Shown: piece after piece, positions 1-8,359 of the stretch
How positions within the stretch are numbered: position 1 is the first letter of the stretch
How the letters are laid out: each line of letters starts with the position of its first letter
NCBI GenBank assembly: GCA_964435235.1
Contig: CAYSXZ010000047.1
Coordinates: forward strand, 4,594 to 68,593
Direction of reading: 5' to 3'
Source of the DNA: Candidatus Micrarchaeota archaeon
GTDB taxonomy: Archaea > Micrarchaeota > Micrarchaeia > Anstonellales > Bilamarchaeaceae
Length of the DNA stretch: 64,000 nt
Notes under the pieces: model-generated
Told to the model about the DNA's origin: nothing
Databases searched by the model: none
The model's input: only the letters and a program-made list of their open reading frames with translations
Program-made: the position numbers and the translations under genes

Positions 1-19
1 GGCACAAGATTATTGGAAA

Positions 20-2566
20 ATGGAAATTGCCGAGCTGCTTAAGGCACTAGAGACGGATGGTGAGAGGGGCCTATCCGCAAAGGAAGTCGCTGCAAGGCAG
101 AGGGTATATGGTAAAAATGTCATACCGGAGAAGGACAGAAGAAATATTATTCAGATTCTCCTTTCGCAATTTAACAATCCCTTCATCTACATTCTTCTTA
201 TAGCAGCAGTTATCGCTTTCTTTACCGGAGAAGTTACAGAAGGAACAACGATAATTGTGCTTATCCTTATGAGCGGTTTTCTAAGTTTCTATCAGGAGTA
301 CCGCTCTGAAAATGCAATAAACGAACTGAAAAAATATCTCTCCCCACGTGCCACTGTTATAAGAGACGGCCAGCAGATGCAGATTCGCGCAACCGAACTC
401 GTTCCCGGGGATATTGTGATTCTTCATATAGGGGACGTCGTTCCAGCGGATGTAAGACTAATAAAAGAGGAAGACTTACGAGTAAATGAAGCATCAATAA
501 CAGGAGAATCGAAAGACGTAGAGAAGACATCAAATCCCTTGAGAATAGAAAACCCAGCACCACATGAACTTTCGAATTATGCGCTTATGGGCACGACTAT
601 TACGTACGGGTTCGGAAAGGGAGTCGTAATAGCTATAGGGCAGGGTACGTTTTTTGGAAAGACAGCAACCCTTTTGAGCGCAAAGATACCGGAATCCGAT
701 TTTCAGGCCAATCTCAGAAATTTTAGTAGCATGATACTTAGAGTAATAGTAATATTCACCGTTGTCATCTTCCTCTCGAATGCCATCTTGAATCACGGAA
801 TAATAGAATCCCTCTTGTTTGCATTGGCGATAGCAGTTGGCATAACCCCAGAGATCCTTCCTGTGATAACAACAATCTCGCTCTCCAACGGCGCTCTTCG
901 AATGGCAAGAAAGAAGGTTGTTGTGAAAAAGCTAGCAACTATAGAAGACATAGGGAATATGGATGTTCTATGTATGGATAAAACAGGCACCCTCACCGAA
1001 CCAGGGATGCAGCTCGAAGGAGGGGTGGACCCAGAAGGAAGTCCTACTAAAGAGTTGGTACTCTACGGAATGCTCTGCAACAACGCAAACGTTATGGGAA
1101 AGAAGACGACCGGAAATGTGTTCGATGTTGCGATAGTCGAGTACGCGAAAGAGAAACCTAAGGAAACTGAGGGATACGCTGAATACAAACGAATCGATGA
1201 CATAGAGTTCGATTTCGAGCGAAAGAGGATGAGTGTAGTTGTTGAAGGGAAGGAGAGAATGATTATTACGAAAGGAGAACCAGAATCTGTAATCTCTGTC
1301 TGCTCTCACGTTTCCATCAATGGAAAGGAGAGACCCATCAAAATACTGAAGAAAAAAATAATCAAGACGGTTCAGAGATTTTCAGAAGAAGGATACAGCC
1401 TTCTTGGGGTAGCCACAAAAGCCGTAGAGAAAAAGGAGGATTACACGAAAGAAGATGAAAATGGGTTGACGCTGCATGGTTTCCTTCTATTCAAAAGTCA
1501 GCCAAAGAAGTCTGCTGCAAAATCAATAGTTGAGTTGAAGGAGCTAAATGTAGCGCTCTGTCTTCTGACTGGAGATGACCCTGCTGTGACAGCAAAGCTT
1601 TGTAAGGATGTCGGGCTTGAGATAAATGGCGGAAGGGTTGTAGTCGGGAAGGAGATCGAAGGGATGAGCGATGAAGAGCTTCAGAATGTTGTGACAAAAT
1701 ATAACGTATTCGCAAGAATTACGCCCATTCAAAAGGTTAGAATAATAGAAGCGCTGAGAAGGAACGGCCATCTTGTCGGATTTCTTGGTGATGGGGTAAA
1801 TGATGCTCCCGCCCTTCGGCTTGCGGATGTTGGTATATCCGTGGACACAGCGCTCGATGTTGCGAGAGAAGCAGCAGATATAGTTCTTATGAATAAAAGC
1901 CTTGAGGTGATTGTTGATGGAGTGCGCCAAGGCAGGGAGACATTCTGTAATGTAACGAAATACATATTGAATACCATAAGTGCGAATTACGGCAACATGT
2001 TTACAATTGTGGTTGCATCGTTCTTCCTTCCGTTTATTCCATTGCTCCCATCGCAAATCCTCCTCAACAATTTCCTGAGCGACATTCCTCTTCTCACGAT
2101 TTCAACAGATAAGGTTGATAGAGATTTTGTTAAAAAGCCGAGAAGATGGAGCATGAAGATGATATCTAGATTCATGGTTTACTTCGGTATGATAAGCACC
2201 ATTTTTGATTTTCTTACTATTTGGATATTCCTTTATCTATTTGGTGTCAGCGCTGCACTCTTTAGAACATTGTGGTTCTTAGAATCTTCTTTATCAGAAA
2301 TTGCTGTGACATTCATAATAAGAACGAGGCTTCCGTTCTATAAAAGCATGCCGAGCAAACTTCTCTTAATCGCTTCTATGTTCGTTGCCTCTGTTTGTCT
2401 CTTCGTGGTATCAGCCCCAGCGATAGGGGACTATTTCCAATTCGTTCCACCTCCAACTGAGTATCTACTCGCGGTTGGAGGGATAGTGCTAGCCTATTGC
2501 CTCTTCACAGAAATCGTAAAGCATCTCTTCTTTAGACATTATACAGAATTTGCAGAGCATTACTGA
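20..2566 (+). CDS. P-type cation-transporting ATPase (MgtA / type III-like)
   Basis: 848 aa; phosphorylation motif DKTGTLT (CMDKTGTLTE), hinge motif GDGVNDAPAL, N-terminal cation-ATPase-N-like segment, multiple hydrophobic TM segments at both ends. The sequence around PEILPVITTISLSNGALRMARKKVVVKKL resembles Mg2+-importing MgtA, but substrate is not certain. Confidence 0.85.
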   Translation: MEIAELLKALETDGERGLSAKEVAARQRVYGKNVIPEKDRRNIIQILLSQFNNPFIYILLIAAVIAFFTGEVTEGTTIIVLILMSGFLSFYQEYRSENAINELKKYLSPRATVIRDGQQMQIRATELVPGDIVILHIGDVVPADVRLIKEEDLRVNEASITGESKDVEKTSNPLRIENPAPHELSNYALMGTTITYGFGKGVVIAIGQGTFFGKTATLLSAKIPESDFQANLRNFSSMILRVIVIFTVVIFLSNAILNHGIIESLLFALAIAVGITPEILPVITTISLSNGALRMARKKVVVKKLATIEDIGNMDVLCMDKTGTLTEPGMQLEGGVDPEGSPTKELVLYGMLCNNANVMGKKTTGNVFDVAIVEYAKEKPKETEGYAEYKRIDDIEFDFERKRMSVVVEGKERMIITKGEPESVISVCSHVSINGKERPIKILKKKIIKTVQRFSEEGYSLLGVATKAVEKKEDYTKEDENGLTLHGFLLFKSQPKKSAAKSIVELKELNVALCLLTGDDPAVTAKLCKDVGLEINGGRVVVGKEIEGMSDEELQNVVTKYNVFARITPIQKVRIIEALRRNGHLVGFLGDGVNDAPALRLADVGISVDTALDVAREAADIVLMNKSLEVIVDGVRQGRETFCNVTKYILNTISANYGNMFTIVVASFFLPFIPLLPSQILLNNFLSDIPLLTISTDKVDRDFVKKPRRWSMKMISRFMVYFGMISTIFDFLTIWIFLYLFGVSAALFRTLWFLESSLSEIAVTFIIRTRLPFYKSMPSKLLLIASMFVASVCLFVVSAPAIGDYFQFVPPPTEYLLAVGGIVLAYCLFTEIVKHLFFRHYTEFAEHY

Positions 2567-3087
2567 GGTGGCTGATTATACTTACAGATACCAGCAAGCG
2601 TTTCGCTATTATTTGCCTTCACTACTATTTTTACAAAATCGTTCGCTGCAAATTCGTTTATTTTCATCCAGTCACCAAGAATCTTAAATGCATCTATCGC
2701 TGGAGGAAGATCATTTTGCATGTTAGCAAACATCAACCCAGATATTCTTAAGTAATTCTCCTTTTCATTTCCTTCAAAGTCGCCCGCAACATTTATTATT
2801 ACATTAAATAATTCTTCGTAATGTTGGTAAATGTCTGGCATAAGTTTCTTATCGATGTTCCTAAGTTTTTCGCTTAATGCATTGCTGAATGTTTTTCCCA
2901 GTATGCTGTATTTCTCAATCAATTCCTTTGCTTCTTTTGGCAACGGAATATCTACTAGCACTCTTTCTGTTAGGTTTGGTTGTAGTTGACTCCTTTTCCC
3001 GTTAGCCATCAAATCCCGCGGCACTACTACACAGTATTTTCCATTGTTTTTTCCATTATTATCTCTAGCGTTATTATTCCTATTCAT
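2560..3087 (-). CDS. hypothetical protein (175 aa); C-terminal 24 aa encoded by 73-bp direct repeat copy A
   Basis: Intact ORF with Asn/Lys-rich N-terminus; C-terminus FVKIVVKANNSETLAGICKYNQPPQ is encoded by the repeat at 2567-2639. No recognisable domain. Confidence 0.5.
   Translation of the reverse strand: MNRNNNARDNNGKNNGKYCVVVPRDLMANGKRSQLQPNLTERVLVDIPLPKEAKELIEKYSILGKTFSNALSEKLRNIDKKLMPDIYQHYEELFNVIINVAGDFEGNEKENYLRISGLMFANMQNDLPPAIDAFKILGDWMKINEFAANDFVKIVVKANNSETLAGICKYNQPPQ
2567..2639. repeat. 73-bp direct repeat, copy A (about 96% identical to copy B)
   Basis: ggtggctgattatacttacagataccagcaagcgtttcgctattatttgccttcactactatttttacaaaat matches 3135-3207 with 3 mismatches. Confidence 0.9.
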
Positions 3088-3134
3088 GTTATAGTTTGTG
3101 TCTCATAATATTTATAAATGTTTCAACATACTTA

Positions 3135-3207
3135 GGTGGCCGATTATACTTACAGATACCAGCAAGCGTTTCGCTATTATTTGCCTTCGCTACTATTTTT
3201 ACAAAAT
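3135..3207. repeat. 73-bp direct repeat, copy B
   Basis: Near-identical to 2567-2639. On the minus strand it lies immediately after, and in frame with, the TGA stop of the 3209..3838 ORF. Confidence 0.9.
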
Positions 3208-3208
3208 T

Positions 3209-3838
3209 TCATCTATTCAAAGTATGCTTATTGGATGCACCAAGCTCAACCCCTCTTTTTTCAGCATTTCTTTCTATCTTCCTTGCAGCTTCAATAACCT
3301 CTTTTCCTGAAGGAACATCACGATAACCAAATTTACCCCTGTTCCGCATCTGCTTCTCATCGCCATCCGTTACCAAACCAGCTTCTTTTACAGCTTCATA
3401 AGGAGAGTTATTATAATAATTACTAAGTAAACCCCGTAACCTGTTTTTATTAAAATCTTCCTGTGTTAAATCTCTTGGGTCTTTCTTCAGTTTTTCAACC
3501 AACATTTTAACTACTGTTACTCTGTCGGATACGTCTTTCCACTTTGCGAAATAAGTTATGTATCCGCTATTAAGAAGTTGCTCTGCCTTTCCCTGTTCGA
3601 GCAGCCCTTCGATTTTTCTTACTGCAATGGTTTTCATCTCTTTTCTGGAGAGGCCGACGTTGTATATTATTCTCTCTTCTCTTTCCCTGCTCGAATAATC
3701 CTCAGCAAATTCCATCGTCTGCTTTGGGGTAGCATCCTGCCCGAATTCCTCTATAGCCTTGTCAGTAAGCTTCCAGTTGCCTTTCTTTATGAAGTATAAT
3801 GCAAGCCAGCGTTTGAATTCGAATGATTCTTTAGTCAT
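3209..3838 (-). CDS. hypothetical protein (209 aa); has a paralogous fragment at 19221-19406
   Basis: Intact ORF. The internal segment PKQTMEFAEDYSSREREER recurs as a fragment (PKQAMEFAENDSSREREDR) at 19221-19406 with clear nucleotide similarity. TGA stop at 3206-3208 is followed in frame by a repeat-encoded tail. Confidence 0.5.
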   Translation of the reverse strand: MTKESFEFKRWLALYFIKKGNWKLTDKAIEEFGQDATPKQTMEFAEDYSSREREERIIYNVGLSRKEMKTIAVRKIEGLLEQGKAEQLLNSGYITYFAKWKDVSDRVTVVKMLVEKLKKDPRDLTQEDFNKNRLRGLLSNYYNNSPYEAVKEAGLVTDGDEKQMRNRGKFGYRDVPSGKEVIEAARKIERNAEKRGVELGASNKHTLNR

Positions 3839-3938
3839 TGTGTTTATTATTGTAAGAATATATATTTAAATATTGTTGAGGTGATGGTTTTTAGACTGCT
3901 AATCGTAGACCGATGGGATAAAGGTGGCATTGTGAAAA

Positions 3939-3991
3939 TAGTCGCAAAAAGTTCCAAATTTGATCAAAAAATAGTCGAAAAACCGACTATT
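3939..3991. repeat. about 52-bp direct repeat R1, copy A (upstream of first COG1373 ATPase)
   Basis: agtcgcaaaaagttccaaatttgatcaaaaaatagtcgaaaaaccgactatt; second copy at 5207-5258. Contains stem agtcg...cgact. Confidence 0.85.
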
Positions 3992-4020
3992 TTAAAAAAT
4001 ATTCGGTTTAGAATAATTCC

Positions 4021-5241
4021 ATGGAAAAACCTGATATAAGCCAACTAAGGATAATCGCGCTCTCGCTACTGAATTCTGTGGATAAGCTACGGCGAAGACA
4101 CATCGTTGGAAGGTTGCTTTCTTCGCTACAAACAAAACCACGAATCAAGCTTCTTAGGGGATTTAGAGGCGTTGGTAAAACTACAGCAATGCTTCATGCA
4201 TTTGGTATGATGAAGGAAAAAGCGTTATATTTTTCCGCAGATAATCCAATTGTTAAGAGCCATGGAATATACAACACAGGTAAGGATGCTATAAAAAATG
4301 GATTTGGTTTGCTTTTCATAGATGAGGTTCATACCTATCCAGAATGGAGAGCCGAGATAAAGGCACTGCACGACGAGTTTCCTTCACTTATCATCGTTGC
4401 AAGCGGGAGTGCACCACTTGCCCTCGTCCCTGAAAGAAGGGAAGAATTGATATGCCTCCATGAGATGGATATGGAAGAATCAGCATTTATTGGAACTGGA
4501 AAGAGCGTATTCGCAGACGAAGAATGGCGAGACAGGGAAGAGGCAATGAGATTCATAGCTGCAAATCAAGAAATAGCAAACACCTTTCACAGCTATTCTC
4601 GCGTGGGAGGCTTCCCTCTTTCATTTGAATTGGAGGAAGGAAGAGCGCTAGACGCGATATACAACTCTATAAGAAAGTCCATACGTGAGGATGCCGTATT
4701 CTTCTTGAAGATGTCGAAAGAAAAGATCTTTGCGATGGAAAACCTCTTGAATTTTCTTGCAACATCCAAGCCTGGAGAACTAAGTCTTACTTCGCTTTCT
4801 TCCACACTACGGGTTTCTAAAACAGTAGTCTACGAAATAATCGATAGTCTTTCTGCGATGGAAATCGTGCGTGTTATCAGACCCTACGCTGGTGGGGCTG
4901 CGCTTGTTCGAGCAGAGCCCAAACTACTATTCTTCCATCCAAATATGCGATTTGCGATATGCCGTCAACTTGGAAGACAGGCGGACGAAGGCGCAGTGAG
5001 AGAGGAACTTGCGGTATTCGGCCTCTCAGAACGCGGTTGGACTATCCATACTATTAAGGGAGAGAAGAAATCACCAGACTATGTAATAGAAAAAGGAAAA
5101 GAAAAACTGATTGTTGAAATAGGTGGGGAAAGAAAAACACGTATCCAACTTAAAGGATTTCCGGAGGGACTTGTAATTGGGGAATATCAGCTTATTCCAC
5201 TGCTTTTAGTCGCAAAAAGTTCCAAATTTGACCAAAAATAG
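4021..5241 (+). CDS. AAA+ ATPase, COG1373/DUF4143-type
   Basis: 406 aa; Walker A GFRGVGKTT, Walker B LLFIDEVH, wHTH-like middle region, C-terminal DUF4143-like segment. C-terminus LLVAKSSKFDQK overlaps repeat R1 copy B. Confidence 0.75.
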   Translation: MEKPDISQLRIIALSLLNSVDKLRRRHIVGRLLSSLQTKPRIKLLRGFRGVGKTTAMLHAFGMMKEKALYFSADNPIVKSHGIYNTGKDAIKNGFGLLFIDEVHTYPEWRAEIKALHDEFPSLIIVASGSAPLALVPERREELICLHEMDMEESAFIGTGKSVFADEEWRDREEAMRFIAANQEIANTFHSYSRVGGFPLSFELEEGRALDAIYNSIRKSIREDAVFFLKMSKEKIFAMENLLNFLATSKPGELSLTSLSSTLRVSKTVVYEIIDSLSAMEIVRVIRPYAGGAALVRAEPKLLFFHPNMRFAICRQLGRQADEGAVREELAVFGLSERGWTIHTIKGEKKSPDYVIEKGKEKLIVEIGGERKTRIQLKGFPEGLVIGEYQLIPLLLVAKSSKFDQK

Positions 5242-5258
5242 TCGAAAAACCGACTATT
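5207..5258. repeat. direct repeat R1, copy B
   Basis: Near-identical to 3939-3991 (gaccaaaaatag vs gatcaaaaaatag); encodes the C-terminus of the 4021..5241 ATPase. Confidence 0.85.
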
Positions 5259-5289
5259 AAAAAGGGTCAACAAATTATTTGTTTTAAGG

Positions 5290-5340
5290 TGGTCAATAAA
5301 TTGACCGAATTTGCTATTTTTCGGTCAATAAACTGACCGA
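5290..5340. repeat. about 50-bp direct repeat R2, copy A, containing palindromes ggtcaatAAattgacc and cggtcaataaactgaccg
   Basis: ggtcaataaattgaccgaatttgctatttttcggtcaataaactgaccga; second copy at 6583-6633. Confidence 0.85.
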
Positions 5341-5370
5341 TTTATAAAACTTTGCTTGCTATAGTGATAC

Positions 5371-6591
5371 ATGGGTGTTATTGAATTTCTTAAGGAAGAG
5401 CGCTTTCTGATGGAAGATGCACTTCGTGGATATGTAAAGGAGACAAAGCGTGACGCTTACAGCCAGCTTGGGAAAGCAAACATAGTAGTATTACATGGCT
5501 TGCGTGGAACTGGAAAGACAACCATTATTGCGCAGAAATACTTTGAGAGTGATAAAAGGCTTGCTATTCACGGCGAGCATCTTAAGCTTGCAGGTTATAC
5601 TATAAAGGACCTTATACCAGTTATGAGGTACGTCTTGCCTGAAGGTTATCTTTTCATAGACGAAATAACAAAACTAAGGACATGGCCGGAGGAAATAAAG
5701 ATTCTTTCGGACCTCTATCCAAAAATAAAAATAATATTAACAGGATCGTCTGCTGTGGATCTTCAGAATGCGAAGCTGGTATTGGCACGACGAGCAGTTT
5801 TCGCAACTCTTTCTCCACTTTCCTTCAGCGAATTTTTACGAATAAAGTATGGAAAACAATTGCTCTCTTTTGATCCGTTTGCGAAAGACCCACTCACACA
5901 TGCCTTAAGAGTGGAGATGGATTTTAGAGAAAAAATAAAGGAGGATCCTGTAGATGTACTCTCAGGATACAAAAAGCAAAACCTTCCGTATCTTATCGAA
6001 AGGCCTGCTTCAACTGTGTTGGATATGATAGACAGAGTGATCTACGAAGATATAGGTACAACTGGCTCCTTTACTGAAGATGTAATCGAAAAATTCTGGC
6101 CGCTTCTAAGATTGCTTGCACTTTCTGAGAAAATCAGTTATGACAATCTTTCTAAGGATCTTGGAGTAGGAAAAGGAACTGTAATAAAAATGATTAACTT
6201 TCTTTCATTGGCGCACGTAATTAGACCTGTTTTCCCCTATGTTTTGGGAAAAGGAAAGGTAAGAAGAGAACCAAAGTATCTCTTTGCATCCCCCGTAATA
6301 AGGGAAGTCATACTGAATGTTCTTGGCGAGAGGGAGCGGGGAAGAGGATTAGGACGAGAGGATATGTTTGCAATGCATATCAGCAATGAATTGTTCTATC
6401 TGAAAACAGGACCTGATTATGTATGGAGGGATGGTATATTTGAGGTCGGAGGACCAAACAAGGGTTCTGAGCAGTTTAAAGGTCTGAAAATAAAAGGAAG
6501 AAAATTCATAATCCATGAAGGCGTGGAGATCCTCTCTGGTGATGTGTTGGCAGTACCATTCTATATCTTCCTTTTGCATAATAGTCAATAA
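5371..6591 (+). CDS. AAA+ ATPase, COG1373/DUF4143-type (paralog of 4021..5241)
   Basis: 406 aa; Walker A GLRGTGKTT, Walker B LFIDEIT; same architecture as the upstream paralog. Confidence 0.75.
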   Translation: MGVIEFLKEERFLMEDALRGYVKETKRDAYSQLGKANIVVLHGLRGTGKTTIIAQKYFESDKRLAIHGEHLKLAGYTIKDLIPVMRYVLPEGYLFIDEITKLRTWPEEIKILSDLYPKIKIILTGSSAVDLQNAKLVLARRAVFATLSPLSFSEFLRIKYGKQLLSFDPFAKDPLTHALRVEMDFREKIKEDPVDVLSGYKKQNLPYLIERPASTVLDMIDRVIYEDIGTTGSFTEDVIEKFWPLLRLLALSEKISYDNLSKDLGVGKGTVIKMINFLSLAHVIRPVFPYVLGKGKVRREPKYLFASPVIREVILNVLGERERGRGLGREDMFAMHISNELFYLKTGPDYVWRDGIFEVGGPNKGSEQFKGLKIKGRKFIIHEGVEILSGDVLAVPFYIFLLHNSQ

Positions 6592-6633
6592 ACTGACCGA
6601 ATTTGCTATTTTTCGGTCAATAAACTGACCAAA
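6583..6633. repeat. direct repeat R2, copy B
   Basis: agtcaataaactgaccgaatttgctatttttcggtcaataaactgacc, near-identical to 5290-5340; overlaps the stop of the 5371..6591 gene. Confidence 0.85.
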
Positions 6634-6677
6634 ACCCTACTCGACAATCTTTTAAACCTAAAACTCCCTAGTCCTTC

Positions 6678-7745
6678 ATGATAGTCGATAACCCTCTTGT
6701 TGACGTGGATAAGGATGGTACAATAAACTGCAAGGTATGCGCAAGGCGATGCAGAATACCAAAAGACAGAACAGGATTCTGTGGCATAAGAAAGAACATA
6801 GATGGCAAACTCGATCTCATAGTTTATGGAAGGCCTTCTGCCTTTGGGATAGATCCGGTTGAAAAGAAGCCACAATTTCATTTTCTTCCTGGTACGACCG
6901 CTTACTCTCTAGGGACGTATGGCTGTACTTTTATGTGTAAGTTTTGCTGCAACTGGGAGCTTGCGCAGGCAATACGGGAGCATCTTCCGCTCGATTCTTG
7001 GATCGACCTTCCACCAGAAAAAGCAGTGAAGGATGCAAAGCTTAACAACTGTGCTTCGATGGCTTATACCTATAACGAACCGGCAATATGGTACGAGTAT
7101 CATAGAGACATGGGAAGGATCGCGATACGAGAGGGAATATTTAACATCCTTGTAACAGATGGCTACGGAACTCCGGAATTTTGGGAAAAGGCATCGGAAT
7201 ATATCCATGCAGCGAGCATCGACCTTAAGGGTTTCACAGAGAAGCTTTACAATGAGCTAACAGGAGCGCGACTCGCTCCTGTCTTGGATTCCATCAAGAC
7301 AGCAAAAAGATTAAGTAAAAAACGTGGGCTTTGGGTGGAGATAACAAGTTTGGTAATTCCTGGATGGAACGATAGCGAAGATGAGATACGTCAGGAGACC
7401 GAATGGCTTAAGGAGATAGACCCTGAGATGCCGCTTCATCTCATAGGCTTCTTTCCAAGTTATAAGATGATGAGCACTCCACCAGCAACTGCAGAAAAAC
7501 TTCTTTCGCTCAGAAAGATAGCGCTTGATGTCGGCCTTAAATACGTATACGTTGGAAATGTTTTAACCGAAGAAGGGGAAAACACCTACTGCCCGAACTG
7601 CAGTGAGATGTTGGTTCGTCGTGCCTGGTTTGCTTCAACCATCACAGACGCATTCGATGTAGAAAAATCAAAATGTAGAAACTGCGGGCAAAGGATTGCA
7701 GGGGTGTGGACAGTAGAACAGGCAAAGAGATTCAAAAAGGGATAA
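6678..7745 (+). CDS. radical SAM enzyme, PflA/AmmeMemoRadiSam-system-like
   Basis: 355 aa; N-terminal Cys-rich segment (CKVCARRC...FCGIRKN) followed by radical-SAM CxxxCxxC (CTFMCKFC); C-terminal CPNC...CRNCG zinc-ribbon-like pair. Confidence 0.6.
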   Translation: MIVDNPLVDVDKDGTINCKVCARRCRIPKDRTGFCGIRKNIDGKLDLIVYGRPSAFGIDPVEKKPQFHFLPGTTAYSLGTYGCTFMCKFCCNWELAQAIREHLPLDSWIDLPPEKAVKDAKLNNCASMAYTYNEPAIWYEYHRDMGRIAIREGIFNILVTDGYGTPEFWEKASEYIHAASIDLKGFTEKLYNELTGARLAPVLDSIKTAKRLSKKRGLWVEITSLVIPGWNDSEDEIRQETEWLKEIDPEMPLHLIGFFPSYKMMSTPPATAEKLLSLRKIALDVGLKYVYVGNVLTEEGENTYCPNCSEMLVRRAWFASTITDAFDVEKSKCRNCGQRIAGVWTVEQAKRFKKG

Positions 7746-7813
7746 GGTCAAAATCGAACCCAGGATAAAAGTTTTAATACATTTCATCACATTTTGGTTT
7801 GGGAGGTTGTTTT

Positions 7814-8347
7814 ATGAAAGCGTTTTCTGAAAAAGAAGTTCTAAAGGAGAATAGAGGAACCGGCCAAAGATTTTCTTCTCTGTACAAACCAGGGCCGGAC
7901 GGTCAGCTTGGTTTTAAAACCAACCACAAAGATGTTGAGAGTCGTATTCTCAATGAGCTTAAATGGTTTGGTTGGAAAGAGGATTTTGGTAAAAATATAG
8001 TAGAGATAAAGCGACGGTTGTTTAAGGAGAATGATTGCTTCTCTGGACCGGTTGGCGGACAATTGGAGGCTATAAATTTGCGTAAAAAAATAAATGGTAT
8101 AACTGTCTCTTTAACAATAAACCGCTTCTTTGCATACTTCTCTGTCATTTCAATCTCAGGCGCGAGAAAACACAGATCTGTAAATGAAATATGCGACGTC
8201 ATACGAGAATTACTACCAGAAATGCAGCTTACAATAACCGAGAAAAAGCTTGAAGATATGGATGGCTTCTCTGTATGCGCTGAAGGCAATATTCAGCGTG
8301 AGAAAAAAGAGAAGAGGGACCTACGTTATCATGGATTTGGTTGTTAG
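7814..8347 (+). CDS. hypothetical protein
   Basis: ORF with GGGAGG about 7 nt upstream of ATG 7814 (the ORF track starts at 7799); no recognised domain. Confidence 0.4.
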   Translation: MKAFSEKEVLKENRGTGQRFSSLYKPGPDGQLGFKTNHKDVESRILNELKWFGWKEDFGKNIVEIKRRLFKENDCFSGPVGGQLEAINLRKKINGITVSLTINRFFAYFSVISISGARKHRSVNEICDVIRELLPEMQLTITEKKLEDMDGFSVCAEGNIQREKKEKRDLRYHGFGC

Positions 8348-8359
8348 ACTGAGCACTCA

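Noticed and set aside
357-2175. Multiple 60-170 aa minus-strand ORFs inside the P-type ATPase gene (357..563, 530..796, 793..996, 968..1309, 1491..2175)
   Set aside because: Entirely antisense to a long, motif-rich P-type ATPase CDS; no independent signals.
3206-3208. Genome-wide UGA recoding as an explanation for the in-frame TGA followed by the repeat-encoded tail
   Set aside because: Many confidently identified genes here (the P-type ATPase, dnaK, dnaJ and several others) terminate at TGA exactly where homologs end, so TGA is a normal stop. Local read-through or a nonsense mutation remains possible and is kept as a finding.
2567-6633. CRISPR array interpretation of the direct repeats
   Set aside because: Only two copies of each repeat, 50-73 bp long, spaced by whole genes (0.5-1.3 kb) rather than 30-40 bp spacers; no cas genes.
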